Shown: piece by piece, positions 1 through 14,200 of the stretch
How positions within the stretch are numbered: position 1 is the stretch's first letter
Layout: every line of letters begins with the position of its first letter
DNA from: Bugula neritina
Taxonomy: Eukaryota > Animalia > Bryozoa
Direction of reading: 5' to 3'
DNA length: 64,000 nucleotides
Assembly (NCBI GenBank): GCA_964035545.1
Contig: OZ037772.1
Location: 7,672,889 to 7,736,888 of the forward strand
Made by a program: the position numbers and the translations under genes
The notes under the pieces: generated by a model
Databases searched by the model: none
What the model saw: the letters and a program-made list of their open reading frames with translations, nothing else
Told to the model about the DNA's origin: nothing

Positions 1-169
1 CAATTTAAATAAATGATAACTATAACATAACATAGCATAACTAACTGTGACTAACATCTCCCGGCATGAATATCATATTATTATGTAGCGGCTAAAGCAC
101 AATTATCTATTCTGTTCATTATTTGTTGATAAAAATCTGTCAACTAAAAATAACAATCCAACTACTTAC

Positions 170-2486
170 TTTTGTAGACGAGCTCTTGAAAATTGTACCT
201 AGAAACAATATATATTATTTTTCTTTGGGCATTGTTGTAAAGTTGCTTAGGATAAACTAGTTGACATTCTTGTATAGAACCCTCTTTTACTTCATAGGGT
301 GTAGAATTTTGAGGAATGCACAGCGTTGTGACTCTTGAAGTTTTAAGATTTGCTACTCTAATCACGTGATTCCCGTAGTCAGCGATTAAAAATGTGTCGT
401 TAGATAAGAACAGCATGTGTTGAGGATTTCGCACAAGCGATGTCGTGAAACTACCATCTCTGTGATCACCAAAAGGGCCTCCGAGTACAAAAACCTCTCT
501 GTTTCCTGAAATCACGCGGCTAATATTTTTGTATCGAAGCATAAAGACTTTTTTGGAATCAGGGTGAACGGCCAGACTAATGATATGTATTGTGGCAGTG
601 TGAATCGTTTCAATTTTCCATACATTTAGTCGGTCAATTTTTGAAAGTTTGCGAATACTTCTTCTATTATTATCGAGAAAAATCATTGCATTGGCTGCAT
701 AGTAAACTAAACTTGATATTCTCTGTATTCCTGCAATATCGATTGTACCATCCCTCTGTCTGTATTTATTGCACTGTCCGGCGAACTCAGCTGTTTTATA
801 CTGTACTCGATCAATAATTCGAATACAGGAAACATCACTGTCTGCCACCCACACTTTATTATTCATGGAAACCACGCCTTCAATCCTTCCGAATTTAGCT
901 AAACTGGTCACACCCTCTTCATAATCAGGTAAAGTCAAAAATCCACTAACTCGAGTCAGTTTGAAAAAATCTGGTGTTGTCAACACCGAGTATCCAACGA
1001 CAATTAGGTAGTTCCCTTGTATATGAGCGTCTTCAGTTATAAATTTTATTTTTGCATTAAAATTCCTAAGATTTTCTATAGTGAATCCATACTCCTGCAC
1101 AAAGTTTTGTAGTACTGCCTTTGTTCGAACGTAGGAAAAGTTGAACCTAAAAGTTAAAATTATAATATAGATTGTATAAAACGCCAAGCTTGTAAGATTT
1201 CTTAGTAATATATGGTGGAAATAAAAGATGAGAGTGTCAAAGCAAATTGTTTTTGACCTATGAGAGCGCTTTGTGAGCATACGAGAATAATGGTTAGATA
1301 CTTTATTATGGGCATATAATATACTATAGGTGATTTATCAACCATTTAGCACTCTATAATTATATGGAAAGCGACGTTTTTAAAATGTGACAATTGAAGT
1401 TTAATCAGAAAAAGTACTCATCAACCTCATAAATACCAAAGTTGTCTCAGCAAGAGACTAAAAAAATGTTCAATTAATAGCGCCACACACACACACATAC
1501 ACATGCGCGCATGTACCCTCGCACACACGCATGCACAGACACACGGGCATATACAAAATAAAACAATCTTCATCAAGAGTATAACAATATATTAATTTTA
1601 GAGGAAAACAAATAAGAGGAACAAATTATGTTACTTTTATAAAGCATATATACTTTATTCTTACCCCCCTGTATCGCTTTTAAGAATTGTCTTCCCTTCA
1701 GATAAGTATTGCACACTTGAGATCTGCAGTACAATACAAAAGACTTAAAAGTTAAATTGGAGTTTCTGATATGAAAATCACTTTAACAGGGTTACGACTC
1801 GTTGGAAACTGATATTCCAATTCCAATTAGCTGATTTGATTAACTAAACAATGAAATGTTCAAGAAAAACTTTTGGTTTATTTAATTTAAATTTTTGAGG
1901 TACAGAAGTAGGGAGCAGCCGTGTTCTAGGGGTTAGAGCATTTGCCTAGCTAGCATGCACGAAAGACATGGGTTTGAGCCAGAACTGAGACCATTAGTGA
2001 TGTTAGGGAAAGCATCATGTCATAATTGCTCCTGTACTTCATTTTAGTACATTAAATTTTTAGCCTGCTTTAACAAAAACCCTTTATATCAGGGGTTTCT
2101 CACAGAAATGGTGACCATAAACTTTGGTGAGTTCAGGATACAGAAATGCTTAAGCGTTAGCAGGAAGAATGGCTCTCCATGCTTTTCTTTACTTATTTAA
2201 TGTATTGTCTGTTATTAACAATAGTAACAATACAAGAAATGCTCACACTATTATGATAAACACTTTTGCATTCAAAATTTGACTAATAAAGCATTACTTA
2301 ATAATAATGTTAATTGTCAAATGCGGTAATTTAATAGTGAATATCTTCTATAATATAAACGTTTTCAAGAACTGATAAATCATCAACAACATAGCACATC
2401 TATTTTCTGATGAAAAATAGTTGGTAAATTTACATTTGACATTAAAAACTTACAGCTAAGAAGAAATGAACTATAATTCTGGCCAT
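170..2486 (-). CDS. N1: NHL-repeat beta-propeller receptor-like gene (5' part; stalk, TM and tail lie beyond the left edge)
   Basis: Exons 2486-2454 (MARIIVHFFLA), 1723-1665 (ISSVQYLSEGKTILKSDTG) and 1146-170 (NHL motifs AKFGRIEG, VWVADSDVSCIRII, HRDGSF..VRNPQHMLF..FLIADYGNHVIRV). All junctions are GT-AG with phases 0/2/1, as in the paralogs. Confidence 0.8.
1484..1552. repeat. Degenerate (CA)n microsatellite in N1 intron 2
   Basis: cacacacacacacatacacatgcgcgc... Confidence 0.7.
1910..2133 (+). mobile_element. tRNA-derived SINE, copy 1
   Basis: Head AGGGAGCAGCCGTG.TCTAGGGGTTAGAGC (A-box-like), GGGTTTGAGCC (B-box-like) and body ...CATAATTGCTCCTGT...TGGTGACCATAAAC shared with five other copies. 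Confidence 0.8.
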
Positions 2487-2744
2487 TTTTATAGTATAGC
2501 TTGCTTTTTCCTAAGAAGAGTCTAAAAGTTAGCTATGATATAATGTACTTTTTTAAACCATGTGAAATATTATGCTTTGTGCTCACTTCATGAGTGTTAG
2601 TATATATGCTCATTTGTATTTTTAGAAAATTCCAAAAATGTTTTGGCTATTGTTGGATGGCAATGGTATTTTACAAACTGATAAAAAAAAGACAATGCAT
2701 AGATTTAAATTATTTGTGTTCTCTAGATACAGCTAAATTATACA

Positions 2745-2820
2745 ATATATAATATATAATATATAATATATATAATATATATATTATATATAATATATAT
2801 AATATGTATAATAATATATA

Positions 2821-2893
<73 letters not shown>
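2745..2893. repeat. (TA)n microsatellite
   Basis: Degenerate then pure TA run. Confidence 0.95.
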
Positions 2894-2896
<3 letters not shown>

Positions 2897-2898
2897 AA

Positions 2899-2945
2899 TC
2901 TGTGGACAGCAGCTGTTTCGGGATTTGTCCCCTCATCAGCACAGA
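2899..2945 (-). ncRNA. Minimal type I hammerhead ribozyme (Penelope/retrozyme type)
   Basis: Minus strand reads TCTGTG-CTGATGA-GGGG ACAAA TCCC-GAAA-CAGC T GCTG-TC-CACAGA: 6-bp stem I, intact core, stem II, near-palindromic stem III and a GUC cleavage triplet. Confidence 0.85.
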
Positions 2946-3026
2946 ACAGAGTACCATGGCCCACACCTTCGCAACAGTAAAACTTATAGTTTTACTAAAG
3001 CATGTTTAAAAGGTGTGTAAACTCAA

Positions 3027-3135
<109 letters not shown>

Positions 3136-4550
3136 ATTATTATTTTACAATAACAAGTAGTATTATATAGTATTATACTATACTATATAATAAACCTCTT
3201 GTCTAGAGTTATGCTCTCCTTATATTCACATGTGTTACCCTCACCTATGATGTCATCAAGCACTGACCTATTTGATGCTGTCATATGCTGTCATGTATTA
3301 TGTCCTGTTGTTTGAGAAAAGTAAGCAAATCATGAGTTCATTACACTCAAAGGTATGAAGGCAGCTTTACTCAGATCGAAAATACACCCAGTAGCAGTAA
3401 ACTAACTTTATTATTGTTTAAAGGTCAACCTGTTTCTGTTTAAAAAAACTAGCTTTTGGATTTACCTTTTCACAATTTCAAACCTCATGAAATAGCAAAT
3501 AACACAAACAATCATAACAACTTACATGTATTTACATACTTGAACAAAAATGAAAAAGTATTAACTTGAAGTTTATTGTTTATAGACTGGAAACTAATTT
3601 GTCAGACTCTAAAAAATATCTATGTGCATGTTTATTAATTTGTTTAATTTTCAAATAGCTGTGAGTAAAGTTGCAGTTAATTTTGTTGCTAGAATCTAAT
3701 CACCATTAATGCTCAAATATTGTTGATAGAAGGAATCAGCTGTTTTAAATCTGTGAAAGTTAGCTAAAACTCAGCCCATATTTACCACAAGGTATGTGCA
3801 GGTTTAACCTAAAGCACACACAGTAACTTTAAAAGTAAGGTTCAGTAATATTGCTTTTGTGCTACATCAGAAAAGAGTCTTAAGCACAGTTTACAAAACC
3901 TTCTCTATCAGAGATGCTCCCAGGAATAGCTAGTATCAACTTGCATGAATGAGTGTTTGACCGAAGTTGAAAACGTCACACATCATATGCCTGCAACAAG
4001 CTTTCAAGTAGCTATACTTAGACCCCAGACAAATTTGCCTTTAGATTGAGTCTTTACACTTTTTCTGCTACTTGCACTCAAAGTCATTCCATAATTTAAA
4101 TTTTGTTGAGGATTTAGTTATAGACAAATTAAATGTTTCTATTCATGCACAGTAGCTGTATGTGCTAATAACAGTTTTTATAGTTAAGCTACACCTTAGT
4201 ACAGTGCTACATACAGCAAACTTGATCTATTTAGTAAACCAAGGTCAATATTACTCAGAAAATGGAATGTTTCTAAAAGCAGCTTTGAGTTTGTAGTAAA
4301 TGAAGGCAAAAGTTCAGGAAGAACTGATGTTTGGAGTTATGTACTCAGCTCCAAACCCGAGACCCACAAACTACTGCACTCATTCATCACTCATTCTACT
4401 TATAGAAAATGATAGCTGAGCTGTGCACAAAGGGTACTCATAGCATAGAGTTGACCATACTTCATAGTTACTAAACTGCATCCCTACCAGCATATATTGT
4501 AAATATACACTCAGCTATAACCACTGCTGTTTAGTATAGCTTTGCTCAGC

Positions 4551-4594
4551 ATGTTATCCTGGATAAAGAGTGACTCCATTATCCAGGATAACAT
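4551..4594. repeat. Perfect 16-bp inverted repeat
   Basis: ATGTTATCCTGGATAA-(12 nt)-TTATCCAGGATAACAT. Confidence 0.75.
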
Positions 4595-5223
4595 AAAACA
4601 AGTATCAATAAAAAACACACCAAAATCAAAGGTGCAGAATGTTTTATATTTACAACAGTAGTTATTGTTAGATTATTGTAGCACTTTTTATGTACAACGT
4701 CTAATGGTTGTTTTATTACAACAGTTGGGCCAAACATTTATAGAACATTGTCATATACAATTATGCAATAACTCTTAACATTTGTTAAATGATCTGTCAA
4801 AATGTTGACTTTCAACGGTTCTCAAACATTTTCATAACATTACTGAGAAATGTTTGATGTTAAAGTTTGAACACAACCTTTTGACAACACATCCAAATAT
4901 TGTATCAATGATTTTTGTTAGTTGGGCAGCTAAGTACTGCATCATATATTAATTATTTCATAGACTAGCATCACACAATGCCCTGAATAAGAATTTGAGT
5001 CTTTCATGAACTACTTTGCAAATGATGGAAACAACCCATTAGGCAATTCAGTTCCCGCACATGCTCACTGATAGTGTCATAAACATAGCGTATAAGAATA
5101 TAAGGGTATATTACAAAGGTTTGCAAAGCATCTACCGTACCTTACCTTGAACCAGCATATCTGAACTATATTAACCTACAAGATAAATCAGTGATGATAT
5201 TATGAGAAGTTCATCATTTGGCA

Positions 5224-8200
5224 ATGTCGTCACATGAAGAGAAGAAAGGAAAGCTCTCTGCCCGACTACTCAGTGTTTTAGAGGAATTCTCAGAAAATAC
5301 AAGCGCTCATGGGCCCCCAAAGGTTAGTATCAGTATTTCAAGTTAAACCCCAAAATCTAAGTCCTTGCTATACTTGCATGCTTGTACTTGACTACTAATT
5401 CAAGCATTCACTTGCAGTAACAGTTTATAGTCACCATCCTTGTTAATTTGGGCTAAGGACTCATTCATTTGTGACACAAGAGCAATTATGACTAGATGCT
5501 CTCTCTAACCAATGACCTTTGTCTGGGTTCCAACCCATGACATCCATACGCTTGCTAGCCAAATGCTCTAACTCCTAGACAATGGCTGCTCCCCTTTTAA
5601 GTGCAGTAATTGAGGCATGGTAATTAACTTTGTTTTTATAGTTAGTTCATATAAACTTCAGTTAGTTGGACAAAAGCTGAAAGTACTGCAAGATTGTTAA
5701 TTGGAAACTTAAAATGCTATAGTGTAAAATCAAAACCTGCAAACAGAAGCATTTATAGAGTGATTCTGCAGTGACAAACATGTAAATATTTTCACTTCAA
5801 AAAGCACCTGTTATTGCTTGCCATCAGATGCTTGGTTTGTTTAGATCTATGTAGTAGAGAGAAATTTCATTAGCCCAAGTTCTTTTACTTTTTTGCAAAA
5901 GTTTTAACTTGGGTGCTGGCAGTGAGTTTCAAAAGAAAATAACTTATGGAACATTTTTAATATATGCAGATCACAGGCTTTAGGTCTTTAACCTTATTAT
6001 ACTTTGCCCACCTCATGCTTCTTGACATACAACTTTTACTTCGTTAAACAATTGGAAAACCAGAACAAGCTAGAATCAATTTCTTTGAAATTTTGCCAAA
6101 AAGCTGATATAAATTAATTGCATCATCAATTAGCACTGAAGCACCTGCATCATAGATCAACTTTGACAAACCTGGCAATGACTGACTGAATTAACCAGAC
6201 TGCAGGGTTATGTTATGAGAAAGAAGTATCACCAGCCTAGTGCGTGATGTAGCACACATATACAACCCATCATATTATTGCAGTCATTTGCAATGTCATG
6301 ACATTGCAAATATCGATGATGCTTTTATACAGCTATGCAACATTGCTAAAAATAATTATTCTAACTCATGCAAGTTGCCCAACTAGATGTCAAGCCTGTA
6401 TTAACAATTGTATTAGAATGAAAATGAGATATTCCACATTCAAAAACAGACTAACTATGAATGTATGGTGATTAGATGCTCTTGTTTTTAATATCATATA
6501 ACATTGTAACTTTGCATTGACTTTGCATATAATGTACAGCTATGTTTTTTGCATAGAATAAAGTCACATTATGTATGCTTTATGGGCTGCAAAAGTTGAA
6601 TCAAAGCTACCAGATACATACTGGACAGAACTCTTCTTTTAGATACCTTCAAATCATCAACTACAGTGCTTAACCACAATAGCGCAAAACAATGCAATCA
6701 ATTATTGTATATATATCGCTCTAGGTGGCTTTGCTCAGTATGACTAATAAGTTTACCTTCTTAATTATTTGCCATTCATTGTAAATTGGTCACTGCATGT
6801 ATACAGAATTGTAGTATACATGTCGTAGGACTTTTGAGACAACTACAATTAGTATAATGGCTATTAAAAGCTTTTCATCATTAACCAGGAAAATATTTTC
6901 CAACTGCAACAAGCGCTTTTTTCTATTTTTCTTTTTGTTGAGATTTTTTACCAAAGATATAAATTGACATAATGATCCAGCCTTAGTTATATTTATTCTA
7001 ACTATAATTTGTAATGGGCATGCTCTGTTAATTCTGAATAGTTATGGTACTAACTCTGTGGAAAAAATTAATTTACTAAGAATGATGACCATTTGTTTAT
7101 TTTAAAATTCAAATTATCTTTATAATAATATAACTATGTTGTTATAATTGATAATTAATGCTTTGCTATTTCAAATAAATGCATAAAATAAATATCACCT
7201 TGTTCATGCATATCTTACATTTGTTGAAAGTCACACCTGTGATATGTGCCACATATATAACCTCCATGTCACATGCGACAAATACATTTCAAAGCAAATG
7301 TCAAGCATGTTGCGAATATGTGAACTGCATTAAATGTCACATGTTCTATACATTATAATTCGGGGATGTCCCACATGTCATATATTGCAGCTGTCACAGC
7401 CTATGCATGTCACGTACATGTATGTGACATGCAAAATAATGTGACATTCACGTTAATTTTTCTGTGCTTGTCACATCAGTCACATGCAGGTCAAATATTA
7501 TAATGCATGTCAATGACGAGACGTGTTCTATATATCATGCATTTCCCATCTGTGACATGCATGTCACTGATGGGACATATGTTGTGATTCATGGATGTCA
7601 CTTCTTACACCTCAACCAATCACTCACTGTTGCAGATTGTTGGCCATAAGTATATCATCGCTAAGATAGTCTGGGTCTTGCTCTTCCTCACCGGCATCTG
7701 CGTGTTTGGATACTTCAGCTACAAGTTGATAACTCAATATCGACAGTATGAAACCGCTACAGATGTCCAGGTAAAGGCGTTACATAACAATTTACTCTTT
7801 ATTTAAATTTGAAATAATACATGGTACTTCTGCAAAGTAGCTAAAACTTTTAAGAGAGTTCGAAAATGCAAGAGTGGTTTAATACAATTTATTTCTAAAT
7901 TAATATTAGTTTGGTAAATGCGCATTCGGTAACTTTGTCAATTATCATTTTGTTATGTATAGATCTTTAGCTCTATAACAAACATAATGTCATCATTCCG
8001 ATCATTTCAATGCTAGCAGGCGTGGTTCACTTTCAATAGCCAATTGCCGATAGTCTTCAAATCTCGAAACTCGAAGCTGACATATTATATAAGTCACTTT
8101 ATTGCATACTAAATGTGAATACGTATATTTATTGTCGTAGATACGATTCAGCGCTTTAGACTTTCCTGCAGTGTCCTTTTGCAACCTTAACAGATTCAGA

Positions 8201-11200
8201 AATGACAGGTTGCCCCCGAAGTATAAATCGATAATAGATGCTTATACGTTTCTGGCTAGATATGAGATGTATGGCGGCGAAGAGGTCTTTGATAACTTCT
8301 TTGGTAAGAGAGCAAGAAACTGTCAGCAATAAATTTTATATATACTTTATTAAACTCAGAGTACATTCTAATCTTGATACAAATGTATATAGCCACTATC
8401 CCTAAAAAAGCTCCTAATATAATGAGTTTAGTGAACTTGTGCTAAAGACTTATTGAAATACCTCACAGGGGCAATTATGACTGATTGTTCTTCATAACAT
8501 CAGAATTAGCGATTCTGCTCAAGCAAACAACTTTGTGTTCAATGAGTCACTGCTTTATATAATTTTATATTTAAAACAAAATCTATACAGGTTTTAGTTT
8601 TTGAGGGTTCATAGTGCAAATCAATAAAATAGCAAAACTAATAAACTGAAGTTGATTTGAAGCTTTAATAAAGAACTAAAATTTGACTTCAAAAGCATTT
8701 AAAAATCATTAATGGCCTTTTAAATATTCACCAATAACAGATTTGTAGTGTTTTCACTTCAATATAATACAAATGTGACTCATATAGATTTTAAATCCTG
8801 AATAAGCCTGGTTTCCCATGGCCTTGCAAAAGGTTTCTTAAACATTTTGCAATTTGTTAAGCTTTTTTACGCATTGCCTACTCTTAGTCTATGCTTATAG
8901 CTGAAAATCCTACCGTCACACCACTATGGCTACCTTTCTGGTTTCTGACCGAGTCTTCAACTACACCGTTTCCCGATACTTCATCGTCTCCTTCCATTAC
9001 AGAATCAAGTACTTTTTCTGAGACTCCTTCAATGACTACAGAATCAGTTTCATCATCAACTACTGAACTTCCATTCTCAACTACTACTGACATGCTAATT
9101 CATTCTTCTACAACCCAAACATTACCCGATTCATCTTCGCAAGAAACAAGTGAACACCAATCTACCACAACGAATTCGATATCTATGTCTGAAAATAATA
9201 CCTCTGAAAGTAATCATACATCCAGCACTGTTCAACACGTTGTAACAACTACTTCAGTTTTATCTCCCGTAGAGTTAGCTTCGTTGAATGAGTCATCTAA
9301 CGGAGTAACTAACTCAACTTTTAATTCTTCAGACAACACTCAATTTCAGTCTAGTACTAATATATTAGAAAGCACCACAACAACAACATTTAACGATAGC
9401 ATGAATTTCTTTAATATATCTTCCAGTCTCTCTAACTTAAATCAATCATCTTTAAATTCCACAAACTCTTTTGAACCAGATTCTTCATCACCAATATTGA
9501 ATGATTCACTGAGTTCAACTGACGGCAACCAGAAAACATCATCACCTGGCGCAAAAAATGATTCATCTTCTATATCATTACCAACCACTACTGGCTCTAT
9601 TAATTCAGCCACCGCTGATTCATTGTCACCAACCACTGTCGGGTCTTTAACTGATTCAAAATTACTAAACAATTCAGATTCATTATCACCGACCACAACA
9701 CATAACATTGCAGAAAATGATTCATCTTCTTTACTATTACCAACCACTGCTGGCTCTATTAATTCAGCCACCGCTGATTCATTGTCATCAACCACTATCG
9801 GGTCTTTATTACAAAATGATTCAAAATTACCAAACAATTCAGATTCATTATCATCGACCACAACACATAACATCGCAGAAAATGATTCATCCTCTATACT
9901 ATTACCAACCACTGCTGGCTCTATTAAATCAGCCACCGCTGATTCATTGTCACCAACCACTATCCGGTCTTCATCACAAACTAATTCAAAATTACCAAAC
10001 AATTCAGATTCATTATCACCGACCACATCACATTTATTACCACCAAACACCACTGAGTCAATCTCACAATTAACTTCTGATCCAAAAGCAACAACCAACT
10101 ATAATTTACCAGTAGCTACCAGTTTTAATCCGTTAGCACCATCTGAATCAATCTCGCAAGCCTCTTCTGATTCGATACCACCAACTACTACTGGTTCATT
10201 ATTACCAACTACTACTGATGCATCATCACCAACCTCCAAAACTGCCCATGTGTCTTCAACTCTTGTCAGCTCACCTACTTCTGCTTCTGCAACCGACTCT
10301 ACTACCGAGACAATAGCCGGACAAATGAATATTCCATCATCTACTGTTTCTAAAATGCGAAAAAGACGATCATTGATAGAAATTGCAGCAGAAGAAAAAA
10401 CCTTGTTTGATGAACTGGTAGGAGCAAATAATATTATGCTTACTACAAAATAATATTTCAGTCAGGTTTTACAATAGAAAATAGAGACATGCCTTCACAA
10501 GATTCAGAAAAGGTTATAAGAACATAATGTTTTCAACAGGGTATGATAAAACCAAATGTTATTATTTTTTATGGATATTTCATGGTATAAAACTTATATA
10601 AAACTCACATTTGGTCTCATGATATAAAAGCTTTATTAGTATGATGCAAAATTTATTAGTAGATACAAAATTTTGATACCGTTATTATGAGAAATTTCAA
10701 ACATTTATACATAGATCTATAGACTAGCCCTAACATAAAAATATTGACATAAAGCCCTCAAACGAATAAGATATTTTCTCCGTACCAAGTTTATCACATT
10801 TTACACTTTCACAACACTTGCAGCTCAAAATATACAAGAAAGCTACTGTGTCAGCAAAAGCTCAGTCAAAGTGGTTTGGCAATGTTGGCCAGTCAACTGC
10901 CGATAAACAGATACTACTAAACATGACGTACATGTTCAATGACATAGATGAGGTGCTCGCAGGTTAGCAGGAACAAACTCTTACTCTAAAGAAGTAGCAA
11001 AATAACTTGCAAATACTATTAATGCCCCTTAATTTAATTTATATCAGTTGTATAATGAAAAACTGTCACGTTTTTTTGTTGTAACAACTTGAATTTTTTT
11101 AAAAGATAAAAGATTTACAATTCTTTACAATATTATGCATGTGTTATATAATTTCTTGAGCACATTGCTGCTATGGACTTTTCTTCGTAGCAACTAGAAA

Positions 11201-14200
11201 CATTTTCACGCTATTTTTATACTGAAAATTATTATATTTGTTGTAAAATAGACATGTGATTATATTTAATATTTACGTGTAGATTATGGACATGACATTG
11301 AAGAAATGCTGTTAGAATGTACGTTCCAAGGAAGGGTGTGTGGCCCACAGTAAGTTACACCTCACAGGTTTTGCTTACATGAATGGTGCCCAAATCAACG
11401 TATAAAACTTTGCTTTATTCCAAAGCCTCAGCTATACTCACCTAACTTTGGCTGGCCTGTTAGGCCTAGCTCAATTTAGCTTTTTCTCCTAACTCTGTTC
11501 TGAGCATTGAGGGATCAAGATTGAAGGTCTTTACTGATTGTATCCTGCCATCCATGCATTGGGCGTCCCCAATTTCTATTTTCTTTAACTCTCATCTCAT
11601 GTTCTCATTTCATATCATCTTCTTTATTCATGATATTTGGTACCAGGTGATGGTGAGATGTTCATCTTGATTATGCAAAACTAAACTGGTTATTTTGAAT
11701 TATATGGCAATAAAGTTAGAAAGTTTTAAAATTTGGTAATCTTAAAACTTTTCAATATCTACCAATATTTTAAGCTTTTGTATTTTTACAATAGATCAGC
11801 TGTTTTACTGGTTTTGTACATGATGTCATTCAGATATTTATGATATATATTTACAATTTTTACCAAAGCTTGTTGTTCAATTATGTAGGGACTTTTACCA
11901 GTTCTATGACAGAAGGTATGGAAATTGCTATACCTTCAACAGTGGGTTAGATGGTAATTACTCTGCAGTCAGTGCCTCAGGCCCAGAACACGGTGAGTTT
12001 CAAAAAAAATTCAGAACAATATGAATGATTACATAAGTATTCACTTGCTACATGTTTTCATGACCCTGAAAAAGAAACTGGCAGCCATAATTGTTAAACT
12101 ATAAAAACCAGCCCGATAAATAAACAACTTTATGCAGTCAAAATCAAAATAAATTAACTGTAATAGATGATCAAAGTATTTTACAACATTTTAAAAAACA
12201 GTCTGGTATAATAAAAAAATTATTTTTTTATTTGTATAATCTCTTGAATATTAATTTCCGTCGCTAAAAAGACAAGGTATATTTGACGAAAAGTCTAGTC
12301 CCTCAAAAATTTTCTGTATTATTATCATTTGTGACAAAAAAGTTTTGTTATTTCTGAGGCAAGCGTTGGGCAGAGTTTAACAAGCAAACCTCATGGCTAT
12401 TATTTTGATTGAGCTTCATTTTGTCAGATCATTAAATTTTTAATTCTGTAGTTGAGAGTTTAATGTTTTTTCAGGTTTGTCAATGACACTATTTGTGAAC
12501 CAACAGAAATACGTTCCTGTCTTGACCCCAGAGGCTGGAATGAAAATGTTACTGCACAACCAGGGGGAGACGCCAGATATGTTTGATGCCGGCTTTAGCT
12601 TGTCTCCTGGATTCAGAAACTCGATAGCTTTAACTTATGTATGTATAAAGTATTGCTGTCTGCTTTACTAGCCTCTACCCTACATGGGATAGCAATGAAT
12701 AAATAACCTTCACTGTGTATGCAGCTTGTAGGGAGTAGCCGTGGTCTAGGGGTTAGAGCGTTTGCCTAGTAAGCAAAAAATTATGGGCTCGAATCCCAGT
12801 AAATCCATTGGTGATGTTAAAAAGAGCATCCAGTCATAATTGCTTCGGTGCCACATATGAATAAGCTTTTGGCCAGATTTAACAAAAAGCCATTTCCATC
12901 AGAGGCTCTCACATGCAGGGGTAGTGATTACAAACTTGCGTGAGTTTATTTGTGTATGCAACTTATGTATGTAGAAAGATTTGTTTTCTGCACAATCAAG
13001 CTCTACCCTATATAGGATAGCAATGAGTAAATAACCTTCATTGTGTGTAGCATATGCATTTATAAACTTTGGATTACTTTGCAGGTCAACTCTGCTCTAT
13101 GTCAAATACCTTCATTGTGTGTGTAACGCTCTCTCAAAAATGCCACTGCTGGTAGTGACATAATAACATTATCCTCATTCGTATAGAGTAAGAATACTTA
13201 GTACTTGGCTAATGATGCATTCAACCAGCATATATTACACTGTGTTACGACCAAACTCATACAGATGAAAATAGTTTTGCTCTTATTTATAGCATGCCCA
13301 TTACATAGGAACAGATGTATGAAGCAGTCACCTAAAATTTTCTCAAAAACTTCATTAAAAAGGATCTCGGAATTTTTTTTAAGGATGTTTGTAATTGTTG
13401 TGAGATGTTTGTATAGATGCTAATAGACAGACTAAAGGGAGTCGATTACAGTAACTGCACTGACACAGCTTCAATAAAGACCTCTAACGATTATCATCCC
13501 GGGTTGTATACCAGGCAGGTAAGTGCTTGTTTGACGCAGTGGGTTTCCTTATATGGTCATATTACGTAATATACCTAGCTTTAACAATAAATCAATCTAG
13601 GTTTTTTAGTTAAACGTTTTTTTTTATCAAAACAATATGAAACATTTGGTTATAATAATAGTAATAATCATAAAGACTGTTTAACTGCATGCAATAACTT
13701 GAGCTAAAAAACGTCATCTGCAACTAACAAACAGTTAACACATCATGCACATCATGCAAATAGTCGCTAGCATACATGTTTTGCATAAATGTTGTCCCTT
13801 TCTTTTTCTTCTAATTTTTTTACCTTAATTACGCATCTAGTTCAATTTCGTTGATTTTGCGTCGTTTATTCGTAAACTTGGTACTTATACTAACCAAAAA
13901 TCAACTCAACTTTAAGTTTTTCTTCAATAAATTAGAAAAGTTTCATCTTTTTTAATGACACAAAACATACTATATGCAGAAAACTGACATAATTTTTTTT
14001 GCTTTCAAAGGGCTGCTTTAAAACATGTCTTCAACAAAAGACAATTGAAACATGTGGATGTGCAAACGCAATGTACCGAATGCCTCCGAATGTACAGAGC
14101 TGCGATTTACTCAACTGTAAGTTTTGCATTTGGTAGTTTTTAGTTTATGCATATTTTCATCATTACGTGGCTTACTTGATAGGCCATGTAATCATACTCT

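Noticed and set aside
1147-1280. Hydrophobic N-terminal extension of ORF 162-1280 as a signal or TM segment
   Set aside because: It lies upstream of the conserved acceptor at 1146 and is AT-rich intron read-through. The real signal peptide is in exons 2486-2454 and 1723-1665.
9442-10098. 218-aa minus-strand ORF, plus the 9708-10073 alternative frame
   Set aside because: Antisense or shifted shadow of the repetitive mucin exon.
8891-10453. Stand-alone 520-aa mucin gene
   Set aside because: It has no signal peptide, and splice sites at 8901 and 10417 fit the flanking ENaC exon phases exactly.
12729-12800. tRNA gene
   Set aside because: It has A/B-box similarity only, no full cloverleaf, and continues into the shared SINE body.
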